From: Candidatus Omnitrophota bacterium
GTDB lineage: Bacteria; Omnitrophota; Gorgyraeia; 2-01-FULL-45-10
Direction: 5' to 3'
Assembly: GCA_023818895.1 (NCBI GenBank)
Contig: JAMWCX010000001.1
Location: 117,689 to 149,688 of the forward strand
Length of the DNA: 32,000 nucleotides
Positions 1 through 10,900 of the stretch are shown piece by piece. The position numbers and the translations under genes are program-made. Below the pieces are notes generated by a model, which was given only the letters and a program-made list of their open reading frames with translations, searched no databases and was not told where the DNA came from. How positions within the stretch are numbered: position 1 is the first letter of the stretch; the number at the start of each line of letters is the position of its first letter.

Positions 1-247
1 TCGAGCCCGTGGTTGAATACCGCACATGGCCTATGGCCGTATGGCCTTTGAGTTTCTTGAGGTTGGTCTCGGTAAAGACTTCACCTACATGGCCCATTCC
101 CTTTTGCTGGCTTACCTTTTTACCGTCGAAACTTACAATGCCGGCTGATTCTTCTCCGCGGTGCTGGAGGGCATACAACGCCAGATAAGTAAGCTGAGCC
201 GCGTTTTTGTTGCCATAGATACCTACTACTCCGCAGTAATCTCTCAT
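1..247 (-). CDS. purF: Amidophosphoribosyltransferase (PurF), N-terminal 82 codons only; the rest lies beyond the window start
   Basis: Reverse translation from ATG at 247-245 reads MRDYCGVVGIYGNKNAAQLTYLALYALQHRGEESAGIVSFDGKKVSQQKGMGHVGEVFTETNLKKLKGHTAIGHVRYSTTGS. This is the Ntn-glutaminase N-terminus typical of PurF (CGV.G, LQHRG.E, GHVRYST.G). It is absent from the ORF track because it is truncated. It starts 6 nt after the carB stop. Confidence 0.85.
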   Translation of the reverse strand, partial: MRDYCGVVGIYGNKNAAQLTYLALYALQHRGEESAGIVSFDGKKVSQQKGMGHVGEVFTETNLKKLKGHTAIGHVRYSTTGS

Positions 248-253
248 GACCTT

Positions 254-3200
254 CTACTTTTTTAACTTATGGTACTCTTGCAGACTCTTTACCGATGTCT
301 TCGGTTTCTTGATAAGGTTTTCTATGCCGTTTACAGAGGCCTGAGCGCCGGACAGAGTGGTGATAAGGGGGACGTTGTAGAGTATGGCGTGAGAGCGTAT
401 CTTAATCTCGTCCTCCTTTGTCGTTTTCCCAGCCGGTGTGTTTATTATAAGGTTTACCTTGTTGTCCTTGATCAGGTCTAGTATATTGGGTCTACCCTCG
501 TGTAGTTTTGGCAGGACCTGTACGTCTATATCGTTGGATTTAAGCGCGTCTGCTGTGCCGGAAGTGGCCATTATTTTGAATCCCAGGTCGGCTAGCTTCT
601 TGGCCACGAAAACTATGTTGCGTTTGTCCTGGTTCTTGACGCTTATGAAGACGTTGCCCTTTGTCGGAAGTTTCTGCCCGGCCGCTATCTGGCTTTTAGC
701 GTATGCCATGCCGAAGGTCGAATCTATCCCCATGACCTCGCCGGTTGATTTCATCTCGGGACCGAGGATTGCGTCTACTCCCGGAAACCGAATAAACGGG
801 AATACCGATTCTTTTACGGTGACGTAAGAAGGAACCTTTTCCTTTGTGAAGCCAAGTTCTTTCAATGTCTTGCCAAGCATTATTTTAGTTGCGAGCTTGG
901 CGAGCGGCACACCTATTGTTTTGGAGACGAACGGCACTGTCCTCGAAGCCCGGGGGTTGACCTCCAGTACATAGACGACGTTGTTTTTGACGGCGTACTG
1001 GACGTTCATGAGCCCCTTTACCTTGAGTTCCATTGCCATCGCATAGGTGTTTTTCTTGATCGTTTCGATGATGTCCTTGCCCAGAGTATGCGGGGGAAGG
1101 ACCATGGCGCTATCGCCGGAGTGTATGCCAGCTTCTTCTATATGTTCAAGTATGCCTCCTATGACGCACGTTTGGCCGTCCGCGATAGCGTCGACATCCA
1201 CTTCTATGGCGTCCTCCAGGAACTTATCGATAAGTATCGGTCTTTCCGGAGACGCTTCCACCGCCTTCTCCATATAATCGGCCAGGCTCTTTTCGTCATA
1301 GACTATCTCCATCGCTCTTCCGCCTAAGACAAACGAAGGCCGTACTACTACAGGATAGCCTATCTTCTTTGCCACTTCCTTTGCCTCCTCGAACGATGTG
1401 GCAGTGCCGTTATCGGGCTGGACGAGCTTAAGCTTCTTGAGCATTTGCTGGAAGAGTTTCCTGTCCTCGGCTATATCGATCGACTCAGGGCTTGTACCGA
1501 GGATATTGAGTCCCAGCTTATGTAGGGTGCCAGATATATTAAGAGGGGTCTGGCCGCCGAATTGTACGATAGCGCCGATAGGTTTTTCGATATCGACTAT
1601 GTTCATCACATCCTCTACGGTGAGCGGCTCGAAATATAGCTTATCGGAGGTGTCGTAATCGGTAGAGACAGTCTCGGGGTTGCAGTTTACCATTATCGAT
1701 TCGTATCCTTCTTCACGGAGCGCGTAAGAGGCGTGACAGCAGCAGTAGTCAAACTCTATACCCTGCCCTATCCTGTTGGGACCTCCGCCGAGTATCATCA
1801 CTTTCTTCTTGTTCGAGGATGGTTCGCTCTCGCACTTGGTTTCGTAGGTGGAGTAATAGTAAGGCCGTTCGGCCTTGAATTCGCCGCCGCAGGTATCCAC
1901 CAACTTGTAGGCGGCCTTGATGTTCTTATTTTTTCTTTCTTCTCTCACATCATTCTCCGTTGAGGTAACAAGGAAGGCGATCTGGGCGTCCGAAAATCCA
2001 TATCTTTTTGCTTTTAAAAGCAGATTTTGCGGAATCCTGATACCGTCCTTCTGGTTTTCGTTCCTGTATTTTTTAAGCTCTTCCTCGGTTTCCACTATAT
2101 TCCGTATATTGTCGATGAACCACCTATCGATCTTGCAAAGCTCATATATCTCTTCATTGGTCATACCGAGCTTTATCGCATACCGTATGTAGAAGAGGCG
2201 CTCATCGTTTGGAACGCGTATCTTCTCCTTTATCTCGTTTATAAGGTCAGCTGATGGATTTTTTAGCATGGAGTCGGTTATCTTATCGCGGCCGTCTGAA
2301 CCGAGGCCGAAGCGCCTGGTCTCCGTTGAGCGTATACCCTTCTGAAGGGCTTCCATGAAGTTTCTGCCGATAGACATCGCCTCTCCCACCGCCTTCATAG
2401 AGGTATTAAGAACGCGTGGGGTGCCCGGAAACTTCTCAAAGGCGAAGCGGCATATCTTGAATACGCAGTAATCTACCGTTGGCTCGAAAAATGCCGTTGT
2501 CCTGCCGGTCACCTGGTTCAGTACCTCAGGCAATGTTAGGCCCACGGCAAGCTTCGTGGCAACACGGGCTATCGGGAAGCCGGTTGCCTTTGAAGCGAGG
2601 GCAGAACTTCTGGAGAGGCGTGGGTTAACCTCGATTATGACTATGTGGCCATTGGCGGGGTTCTGGGCGAACTGGATATTGGCCCCTCCTCCGGTAACGC
2701 CGATCTTGCGTATTATCTTTTTTGATAGGTTGACGAATCTTGCGTATTCTTCAGCTGTCAGCGTCTGGGAGGGGGCGACTACTATTGAGTCGCCGGTATG
2801 TATGCCCATTGGATCCACGTTTTCCATAGAGGTTATCATGATTACGTTGTCAACGCAGTCCCTCATCACCTCGAACTCTATCTCCTTCCAGCCGAGCACG
2901 GACTGCTCGACCAATATCTGGTGAACCGGGCTTATTTCGAGGCCTTTCGCCAGGAATGCCTCGAGCTCCTCCTTATTATAAGCTATGGAACCGCCGGAAC
3001 CGCCGAGAGTGTAGGCGGGTCGCAGAATCAGCGGAAAACCTATAGAAAGGCCTATCTTCATTCCTTCTTCGACCGAACGCGCTATTCCGCTCTTCGGGAC
3101 GTCTATACCTATCTCGAGCATTGCCTTCTTGAAAAGCTCCCTGTCTTCGGCACGGGAAATTGCCTGGACGTTAGCGCCAATTGATTCGACGCCGTATTTT

Positions 3201-3526
3201 TTAAGGATACCCTCTTTCATGAGGAAATACGCCAGGTTTAATCCCGTTTGACCGCCGAGAGTAGGTAGTATCGCGTCCGGTCTCTCTTTTTTTATTATCT
3301 CGGTGACAGCTTCAACGGTGAGCGGCTCTATGTAGGTTGCGTCCGCCATATTAGGATCTGTCATAATGGTTGCGGGGTTTGAGTTTACCAGTATCGTGAA
3401 GTAGCCCTCTTCCTTCAGCGCCTTGCAGGCTTGCGAGCCGGAATAATCGAATTCGCATGCCTGGCCTATTATTATCGGCCCCGATCCTATCATCAATATC
3501 CTGTGTATGTCCTTACGCTTTGGCAT
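254..3526 (-). CDS. carB: Carbamoyl-phosphate synthase large subunit, full length (1,090 aa)
   Basis: There are two homologous ATP-grasp halves: [42 protein letters not shown] and [35 protein letters not shown]. An oligomerisation region and a C-terminal MGS-like allosteric domain are also present. The ATG overlaps the upstream carA stop by 14 nt. Confidence 0.97.
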   Translation of the reverse strand: MPKRKDIHRILMIGSGPIIIGQACEFDYSGSQACKALKEEGYFTILVNSNPATIMTDPNMADATYIEPLTVEAVTEIIKKERPDAILPTLGGQTGLNLAYFLMKEGILKKYGVESIGANVQAISRAEDRELFKKAMLEIGIDVPKSGIARSVEEGMKIGLSIGFPLILRPAYTLGGSGGSIAYNKEELEAFLAKGLEISPVHQILVEQSVLGWKEIEFEVMRDCVDNVIMITSMENVDPMGIHTGDSIVVAPSQTLTAEEYARFVNLSKKIIRKIGVTGGGANIQFAQNPANGHIVIIEVNPRLSRSSALASKATGFPIARVATKLAVGLTLPEVLNQVTGRTTAFFEPTVDYCVFKICRFAFEKFPGTPRVLNTSMKAVGEAMSIGRNFMEALQKGIRSTETRRFGLGSDGRDKITDSMLKNPSADLINEIKEKIRVPNDERLFYIRYAIKLGMTNEEIYELCKIDRWFIDNIRNIVETEEELKKYRNENQKDGIRIPQNLLLKAKRYGFSDAQIAFLVTSTENDVREERKNKNIKAAYKLVDTCGGEFKAERPYYYSTYETKCESEPSSNKKKVMILGGGPNRIGQGIEFDYCCCHASYALREEGYESIMVNCNPETVSTDYDTSDKLYFEPLTVEDVMNIVDIEKPIGAIVQFGGQTPLNISGTLHKLGLNILGTSPESIDIAEDRKLFQQMLKKLKLVQPDNGTATSFEEAKEVAKKIGYPVVVRPSFVLGGRAMEIVYDEKSLADYMEKAVEASPERPILIDKFLEDAIEVDVDAIADGQTCVIGGILEHIEEAGIHSGDSAMVLPPHTLGKDIIETIKKNTYAMAMELKVKGLMNVQYAVKNNVVYVLEVNPRASRTVPFVSKTIGVPLAKLATKIMLGKTLKELGFTKEKVPSYVTVKESVFPFIRFPGVDAILGPEMKSTGEVMGIDSTFGMAYAKSQIAAGQKLPTKGNVFISVKNQDKRNIVFVAKKLADLGFKIMATSGTADALKSNDIDVQVLPKLHEGRPNILDLIKDNKVNLIINTPAGKTTKEDEIKIRSHAILYNVPLITTLSGAQASVNGIENLIKKPKTSVKSLQEYHKLKK

Positions 3527-4652
3527 ATGCCACCTCGCGATATGATTTGGAATTTTTCTTGATTTTTAGAATGCCACCCCCCTTTTTAGCCATGGAGAGA
3601 AATCGCGGAAAGACCTCATTTATCTCTTCAAAGCCAGGGCTTGCGGGGTTATATTGAACCGACATGAACTTCAAAGTTTTTGATTCCATCGCTTCGATGG
3701 TATCGTCGTTAACGTTGCGCAGAGTTATCGCCACGCTCTTGTTATTTTTGAGAGAGTTTTCATCAATGACATAAGAATGATTCTGCGCCGTTATTTCGCC
3801 CTTGAAAGAAGCGGCCGGCCGCACCGGATAATTTACGCCATGGTGGCCTATCTTGAGTTTTCTGAGCTTGCAACCCATGGCCATGCCGATTACCTGATGG
3901 CCTGTCGCGATGCCTAACATCGGTATTTTGCCAAGAACCGTTTTAACGGTATCCGCTACTTTCGGAAGGCTTATGTCGTTTTCGGGACCGTTCGAGATTA
4001 TCAGACCATCAACTCGCATGCTCAGGATATCGGAGGCGCTTGTATCATAAGGAAGCAATGTTACATTACAATTCAAAATTTTGAGTTGATGTATAAAACT
4101 ATTGAGCATTCCCAGATCCAGGACCGCTATGGTTGGCCCAGATGATCCTGTCTTAAGAGGCGTCGGATGCTTTACGGATATGGCTTTGATAAAGTCTTTG
4201 CCGTTTGTCTTCTGTTGGCTCAATTTCTTCAGCAAGGATTCTTTCTTGAGGTCCGTTGTGGATATGGCGCCGAACATCTCGCCTTTATCGCGTATAGTAA
4301 TAGCGAGCGTCCTGGTGTCGACCTCGCTTATAGCCGTAACTTTTTCTTCTTTGATAAAATCGCATAACGAGCCCTCTGCTTGCCAGTTTGAATATATTCT
4401 GGACTCTTCTTTTATGACAAGGCCCGCTATCCAACATCTCCTCGATTCATTGAATTTTTTGGCAATACCATAATTGCCTATCAACGGATAAGTAAGGACT
4501 AGGATCTTACCCGCATTGCTTGGGTCAGTCATAATCTCCTGGTATCTCACCACAGCGGTATTAAGCACAACCTCGCCGAACCTCTCTCCTGGCTCGCCGA
4601 TAGATATACCTTCGAACGAGCTACCGTCTTCAAGCACTATCATTGATTTCAT
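3513..4652 (-). CDS. carA: Carbamoyl-phosphate synthase small-subunit homolog with a degenerate glutaminase active site
   Basis: The N-domain is conserved ([38 protein letters not shown]). The class-I GATase motifs read GIATGHQ instead of GICLGHQ, and VQYNPASPG instead of FQ.HPEA.PGP. I place the start at ATG 4652 ([10 protein letters not shown]), preceded by GGGAGA at 4657-4662. The ORF-track start at 4667 is a TTG five codons upstream. Confidence 0.85.
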   Translation of the reverse strand: MKSMIVLEDGSSFEGISIGEPGERFGEVVLNTAVVRYQEIMTDPSNAGKILVLTYPLIGNYGIAKKFNESRRCWIAGLVIKEESRIYSNWQAEGSLCDFIKEEKVTAISEVDTRTLAITIRDKGEMFGAISTTDLKKESLLKKLSQQKTNGKDFIKAISVKHPTPLKTGSSGPTIAVLDLGMLNSFIHQLKILNCNVTLLPYDTSASDILSMRVDGLIISNGPENDISLPKVADTVKTVLGKIPMLGIATGHQVIGMAMGCKLRKLKIGHHGVNYPVRPAASFKGEITAQNHSYVIDENSLKNNKSVAITLRNVNDDTIEAMESKTLKFMSVQYNPASPGFEEINEVFPRFLSMAKKGGGILKIKKNSKSYREVAYAKA

Positions 4653-4684
4653 ATTTTCTCCCGTCAATCTTATTTATAAAACAA

Positions 4685-4717
4685 AAGGCCAGCAGGGACG
4701 ACAATCCCTCTGGCCTT
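4685..4717 (-). terminator. Intrinsic-terminator-like hairpin plus U-tract: likely terminator of the giant ORF and possible attenuator in the carAB leader
   Basis: The minus-strand RNA is AAGGCCAG-AGGGA/UUGUCG/UCCCU-G-CUGGCCUU, a 13-bp stem with one bulged base and a hexaloop. It is followed by UUGUUUUAUAAAUA. The hairpin lies 22 nt upstream of the carA Shine-Dalgarno sequence. Confidence 0.6.
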
Positions 4718-4854
4718 AAAAAAGGAGCCATTGTGGGTATTACTTGCTATGTACCAGCTCCCTCCTGCCGACGACATCTATATTTATATCCGACATAATA
4801 TTAATTTTGTAACCTCCACATTCCTCTCGGATGTGCGATTTCTTCATTGCGCAA

Positions 4855-4883
4855 ATTCTAACACAGCTGGCTGCCGGTGTCAA
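4855..4883 (-). promoter_or_regulatory. Sigma70-type promoter candidate for carAB
   Basis: On the minus strand: TTGACA (4883-4878), a 17-nt spacer, then TAGAAT (4860-4855), with TGT immediately upstream of the -10 (extended -10). It sits 50 nt downstream of the giant ORF stop. Confidence 0.5.
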
Positions 4884-4935
4884 TAGTAATATCCCGCCAA
4901 ATTTCTGCGTCTTGGGGAAATCGCGGCATATCTTA

Positions 4936-7900
4936 TTATGCGAATTCCTGTACCTTGTAGAGCCGCCTGAGGTTCTCGTAGACGGGGATCCTCTCTGCCT
5001 TGGGCAGGAAGATGAAGACGTTGCGGCAGTCCTTTAGGGCCTCGGCCCTCACAGCTGGGTTGTCGAGAGCGTCTTCTGCAGCCAAAACGTCTTTTAGGCC
5101 TAGCTTCAATGCCATCGCGAGCATTTCCGTGAGGTACATATAGCAGCTCTCGTCCAGCCCGCTTGCGTCGACGCCGGCGAGAAATGCCTTTTCGTCATTG
5201 CGCAAGTATTCAAATTCCCGCGAGATGACGGTGTCGCGAGATGCGAGAACGACTACCCGCGCCGCAGGGGTAATCTCTCTTGCCTTTGCTATTTCTGATA
5301 GTAGATCTTTGTCTTCGCGGTCAATGAATGTTATGCCGCGGTCATTACAGAAATTGCGGATCATGATTATGTGCTGATTAAGGTCGGCATATTGTGGTCC
5401 GTTTCCACGCATATAGCCTTTTATCCAGCTTGTGCCGAGAGCTAGTATTACAGGCTCTTTCTGGTTCGCGGCGCGGATGAGCTTGACGATATCGGAGAAC
5501 TTTACCGCTTCTATACGCGCAAGTTCCGCTCTCGGCTGTTCGTCTGGGCTGTAGCCTGACGTATCACTGGGTTGTAAAAAAGATCCTGTCTTGTTCTCAT
5601 CTTCTGTCAGGATAGTTTTCGAATCACTAATTTTTGCGTTTACTTCAGAGGCCGCTTGCAGGTGCCAGAGCTTGGTTTTTCTTCCGTCGATTTCGGCATT
5701 AACCTTAACCCATATACCCCGGAACGGGTAAAGATAATTCTGCTTAAGATTGCTGTTGGGAATTGGTGTTCGGAGCTTACCCGTATATCTATCTTCCAAC
5801 TCCTCAACGGTAGATGCGTAAAAATATTCGAAACCCGCTTTTTGGGCCAATCTGACAATATGCATTATAGCCCCTCTATTCCACTCGTAAAATCTTTGGC
5901 GTATTTCAAGAGGTTGGATGTTGCGGAATCCCAGGCTTGGCTGGACGTCATATATGAGTAGGGCGGGTTTTTTGTTGTGTTCAGTTATCCGCAGGCGTAT
6001 TACGCCGAAAAGGCCGCTGGAAGGCACATAGTCGTCAGATGCCATCATGTCGAGCGTGGCAAGTTCGGGATAGGCCTTTTTGGTATCTTCCGTAGGTTCG
6101 ATCGCGAATTCCTGCGGGATTTCATCGTATTCGATATACGCGCCAACCTTTTGCCCTTTGACAGTCCATGTGAAGTAAGGATCCTTTTCCAGTAGTTCCA
6201 GTAGTCTGGCGAACTCCGCTGATTTCCGCAGAGAATTACCCGTCTTAGGCAATAGTAAATGTTGTGTGCCGGCATCGTAGTGGGGCGGCGCGAAAGAGCG
6301 AAATAAATTCTCAAGAGACTCATCATCGATGGATGTCAGTTTCTTGTTGACAAGGCCGAAGAGCACCTGGGGCATTGTAACAATCTTTGAAAAATGCCTC
6401 TCCAAGGCATATAGCGCTCCGCCGAGACATCCTGAGTCCGGTTCGGGAGATTTTAATATTTCACCGTTCGCAAGATAGCGCACCTCTTCTCCGCCGAAAG
6501 GCGCCAGCGACGTAACGCCGAGTTTTTTCATAGTGGCTATGACAGGTTGCCAGCGCCTCTGGTCATATATACTGTCTGGCAGCGCTGCCTCCGTTGCCGG
6601 AATACCCCACCGCGGAACACTTGGTATATCGACGATTATAGCGCTCGTCGATATATTCTTTAAAACATTGTAATTGCCGCCCAGTATGAATACCACGCCT
6701 TTTTCGGCCGATATGGTTTTTCTTAAGTTTGACAGGTATATTTCCGCCTCTTTCTGATTTGCCATAACGATATCGTTTTTTTCACTGGCAGTAAAAATCT
6801 GCCCCGGATGCACCAAAAATGAAACCCGTCCACCTTGCTGCTTAATGGCCTTGCGTATAGCATCGGCGTGTTTGTCGATGTCCGCCCATTGGATAATGCG
6901 AGCCTCGGCCATCTGATACTTACTTACGATCTGATCGGCGCGCGCAAGATAGCCGGTTGACCGTAGGTAATCCAGGCCGCGACTATGGTCCGACTCGGGT
7001 ATCCTGTCGGTCCATTCATAGTCTTCCTCTTCACCATCATAGGGAACAAGATCGATCTCTCCCCATTTGACTGTGTGGACCAGATAATGGAATGGGATAT
7101 TTTCGTTTTTTCTGTACATACCAACAAGATATGCCTCATATCCAAGCTTATTTAATATATATGTGAGCATGGCTGAGTTGGCTAGACATGATTTCAAATC
7201 CATCGACTTGACTGCGTTTTTGATCTCGTTTATGATGTCATTGCTGTTGTCTGTGTTAAGTCCATCTCTGGAACCTGAAGACGTATTTGATATTTCAGAT
7301 ACATATGTGGTCAGAGATAGGGTGGATATATTATCATCCCTATCCCTTGCTCCATCTTTTATAGCGCTGCTTATCTTCCCGCGGATTCTCACCTCATTGG
7401 AATCTTTGAGGATGGGCTCTAATTCGGAGATATCCTTTATGGCTATCCAATTTTGGTGTTTATCATCGCCGGCTTTTTCATAGCTTATTTCTACGGATTC
7501 GAATATGCCGGCCCTGGCGCATCTAAGGAAAAATGCGGCATGTGTCTCATCAGGTATGCCATAATATTCGATAAATCTATTTGGGCCGGCCTGCGATGCA
7601 AGCCATCTTACTACCTCGACACCCAATCCCCGCCGCGTATCTTTCTTGTCAAATATGCGCAGGTTCTTAAATAGCGTTGTCTCGCCATTCACGTAAAACG
7701 CGTATAATGTGCCAACAAGCTTTTCGTTCTCTTCGAGAAAATACCACGATCTGTCAAAAGCTCGCAGCCTCAACCTCTTCTCCTCGGATATCTCTACATC
7801 TTCTTCTGGAAGCGTTGTCAGGGGAGCGCGATCAGTCTCTTCTGTCCATATGCGGAAACATCTTTTCAATGCCTTTATTATTTCTCTAGCCCCTTCCCTC

Positions 7901-10900
7901 TCTCCTAGGTACTGTGTTAGGCGTGGAATGCCCGGTGTATTCATGGAGAGCCATTCGAGCTGCATTACTATTTCAGCTATAATTTGGTTATTCATTTGGT
8001 AAAGCGGGTCATCTTCGTGCTGGAGAGAGTCGAATATCCGGTTGGCTATCACTTTGATAAGGCCGGGGTTTTGTTCACACGCCCTAACAAGGCCGTTTGT
8101 TATAAGCGCGTGATTGACGCAGCAAGGCATATAATGAGTATCATGAGCTAGGTTGACGATGACTTCAAGCGCGGTGCATATAGCTTCTTTTTGGCTTTCA
8201 GTGTTTAGTGAGGCGAGATACGCAGCCAATTCGCTATAACTGCGCTCGGCCATTTGTTTAATGTCGTTACGGGAAAGCGCGTCCCGCGTGCCTTCGGTAT
8301 GGTCCATGCCTCCCAAAAGCGGGTGCTCATCGTCGCGCTTAAGTTTCTCTTCGTAAGAAAGCCAGGTAGTGGCAGAGGTTATTTCCTTGATTTTTTGCCC
8401 TTCCTGCCAGTGTTCGATTATCCCGTCCCGTCGCATAGTGGCGAATATGGGATTGGGTGCGCCGTGGATGTTCGCCGTCCTCCCTTTTTCGTACAATATT
8501 ACGACATCCGCCTCTTTGCCGGAGGTTTGCTCTCTTACGCCGATCCTTCCCTCATCAAGATATGACACCAGATCTTGCGGTAGATCACAGGCCGTTATCT
8601 TGCCGTTCGAAACCTTTATCCTCCCAATATGTTTGCCATCCTGTGTAAATGGATCAAAATCGGCCTTCATCACAGCATATTCGACAGAGTCCGAATTTTC
8701 CACCTCCGGCTTCTTATCGCCGGTTTGTTTTATGAGCTTTCTTGCGATATGGACAAGTGCCGGATTAACGATGCCTGATATTCCGGAGTGGGACGCACCG
8801 TTCCTCCAGGCCGATTTGATGAGCCAGTTCAATACCGTCTCGCCTATTCCCTTGCCCCTGTCATTTACCCGGATCGTTGTTATGACATTCGTGCCCTTGT
8901 AATAATTGACCAGCCCAGCCTTCCTGCCGTCGGCTACAATCTCATATAACTTGATAGGGCCTCCTCGATGAGATGGTATTTTGATTTTTATGTCCATAGC
9001 GCCTGTCTTTATATTCCGCAGTTTGATGACATTCCACAGGATACCGTAATGATACTCTTCCCATATTGTTCCAAAAGCATCTGTTACGGTTCTTATTCGG
9101 CCATTTTTATCCTTTTCAATATACTCAAATGGCGCATGACCGTTATTTTGCCTCGCCACCCATTCAGGTGCTGCCATGTCATCTGGTATGCCTGGACCAT
9201 CTCCTTCGCCTGACGGCGGATAATCATATGCCTGTATTTTTTTATCGGCTTTTAAGCCATCAAAATAAGCCAGTCTAGAGGCGATGGCTTTCTCTATTTT
9301 CTCTTTGTCCTCGGTCAGCTTGTATTCGAGGATCATTTGGAGTTCCTTATCCATATCCATGTCACGAGGGGCTGTCTTTCTTATCTCATCGCGAAGATCC
9401 GCAAGCGTCTGGGCATCTTCGGGCCTTGCCAGGCCAATGTATTCTATAAGTAAATAGGTGTCTTTTTCGTGTATCGTCTCATCGAAGATCCTGACCGGTG
9501 TAAGATAGTTTTCTGTTAATACCGCAATTCGGCTTTTATAGGCATCAGAAGGAACTGTCGATATTTTCGACAGGCGTATCCATATTTTAGCAAGGGCTTC
9601 CATCGTGGCGAGCACATCCTCGCTTTTTTCTAATTTACCGATGTTAGATGTTATGACCTGCTCCATCTTGACAAGTTGTATCTCGGACGCCTTATCAATG
9701 TTTCGTATAAAGTTTGTAATCGAAAGCATGATATGTTGCTGTATTTCGGGTGAGAAGTTTTTGGCGCCATGGCCATCGTCAGCGGGCACGTCCCCTACAG
9801 AGAGGCTGTTGTGGTCCATGCCGCCAAGATACCAGTGCTCCTCATCCCGCTTTAGCATCTCATCACGGGTCAGATTTAAAAGACCGGTCTCTTCGGTCTT
9901 CCTGGCCAATATTATGTCAAGCTGCTGAGTCAGGTCAAACCTGCCTATATACTCTTTTGTCCTGTGTTCTATGCCGTAAAAGGCTCGAGTTCTCCTGATA
10001 GATGAGGTCACAAAGTCCGATTTTTCATCCGCTCTCATCTTCTTCCAGTTTTCCGTGGCCTCTTTGCTGTAATAGTCGGGATTAAAGGCTATATACAAAA
10101 TCCCGCCTCTTTTCAGTGTCTTGGCCGCTGCTGAAATGAGCGCCTCCGGGTCTTTAACATAAGCCATGCCGGAGGTGATTATCACGGCGTCAAAATGGTT
10201 TTCCCACTCGGCGGGAAACTCCGGATTTGCGTTTAGGTCCTGCACGATGCGTTGGGTAAGTTTCGCGTTGACATTAAGCTCGTCCCTGTTGAGCCCTATT
10301 CCGATGATCTCCGACGCGTTTACGGATTGCGGCACATATGTAAAAGCGCCGCTCATGAGATCAAGGACCCTTGCCCCTCGTGGCAGGTAGTCTTTGAGAT
10401 AGTCTTCTATGTATGTGGTGGCCGCATCTTCCAGATAGGGTATCGCGCTTTGCGTGTCAATTAAACTGAAAGATGATTTAACATAATGGAGGATAAGGCT
10501 GGTCCTCGTGCCTATTGCCGGCACATTTTCCATATGGAAATTTTCGGCCCCCAGACAGTGTTCTATAGTCTTGAGGCCGGCGCCCCCTCCCCATAGTCCC
10601 GCGTGAAATGCCTTCGTTCTAGATTCTGTGTTATCGTTTCTTGAGGCGGTATCGTAGATGTCTACGGTGGTATTTTTTGCCAAAGAATCTATTTTTATGT
10701 CGAGGAAGATCGGCTTGCTGAAATCGGCTCTGTTGCCGTGTGAAAACGCGTTTTTGATGGCCTCCGCGATTGGTGTCATGCTTTTGCCATCGGTGAACGC
10801 GTCATCGAGTTTTCCGGAGAGCTTCATGATGGCATCATAAAGATCATCATAAGCGGATTCTTTTTCGGCGAGATAAGCCAGATTCAAAGCCACTGCGTTA

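Noticed and set aside
4716-4796. A short plus-strand ORF (GTG 4731, 21 codons, VGITCYVPAPSCRRHLYLYPT) is preceded by AAGGAG.
   Set aside because: The apparent Shine-Dalgarno sequence is part of the A-tract/GGAGCC sequence immediately adjacent to the minus-strand terminator hairpin. The ORF is tiny and has no supporting promoter. It overlaps the carAB leader on the opposite strand.
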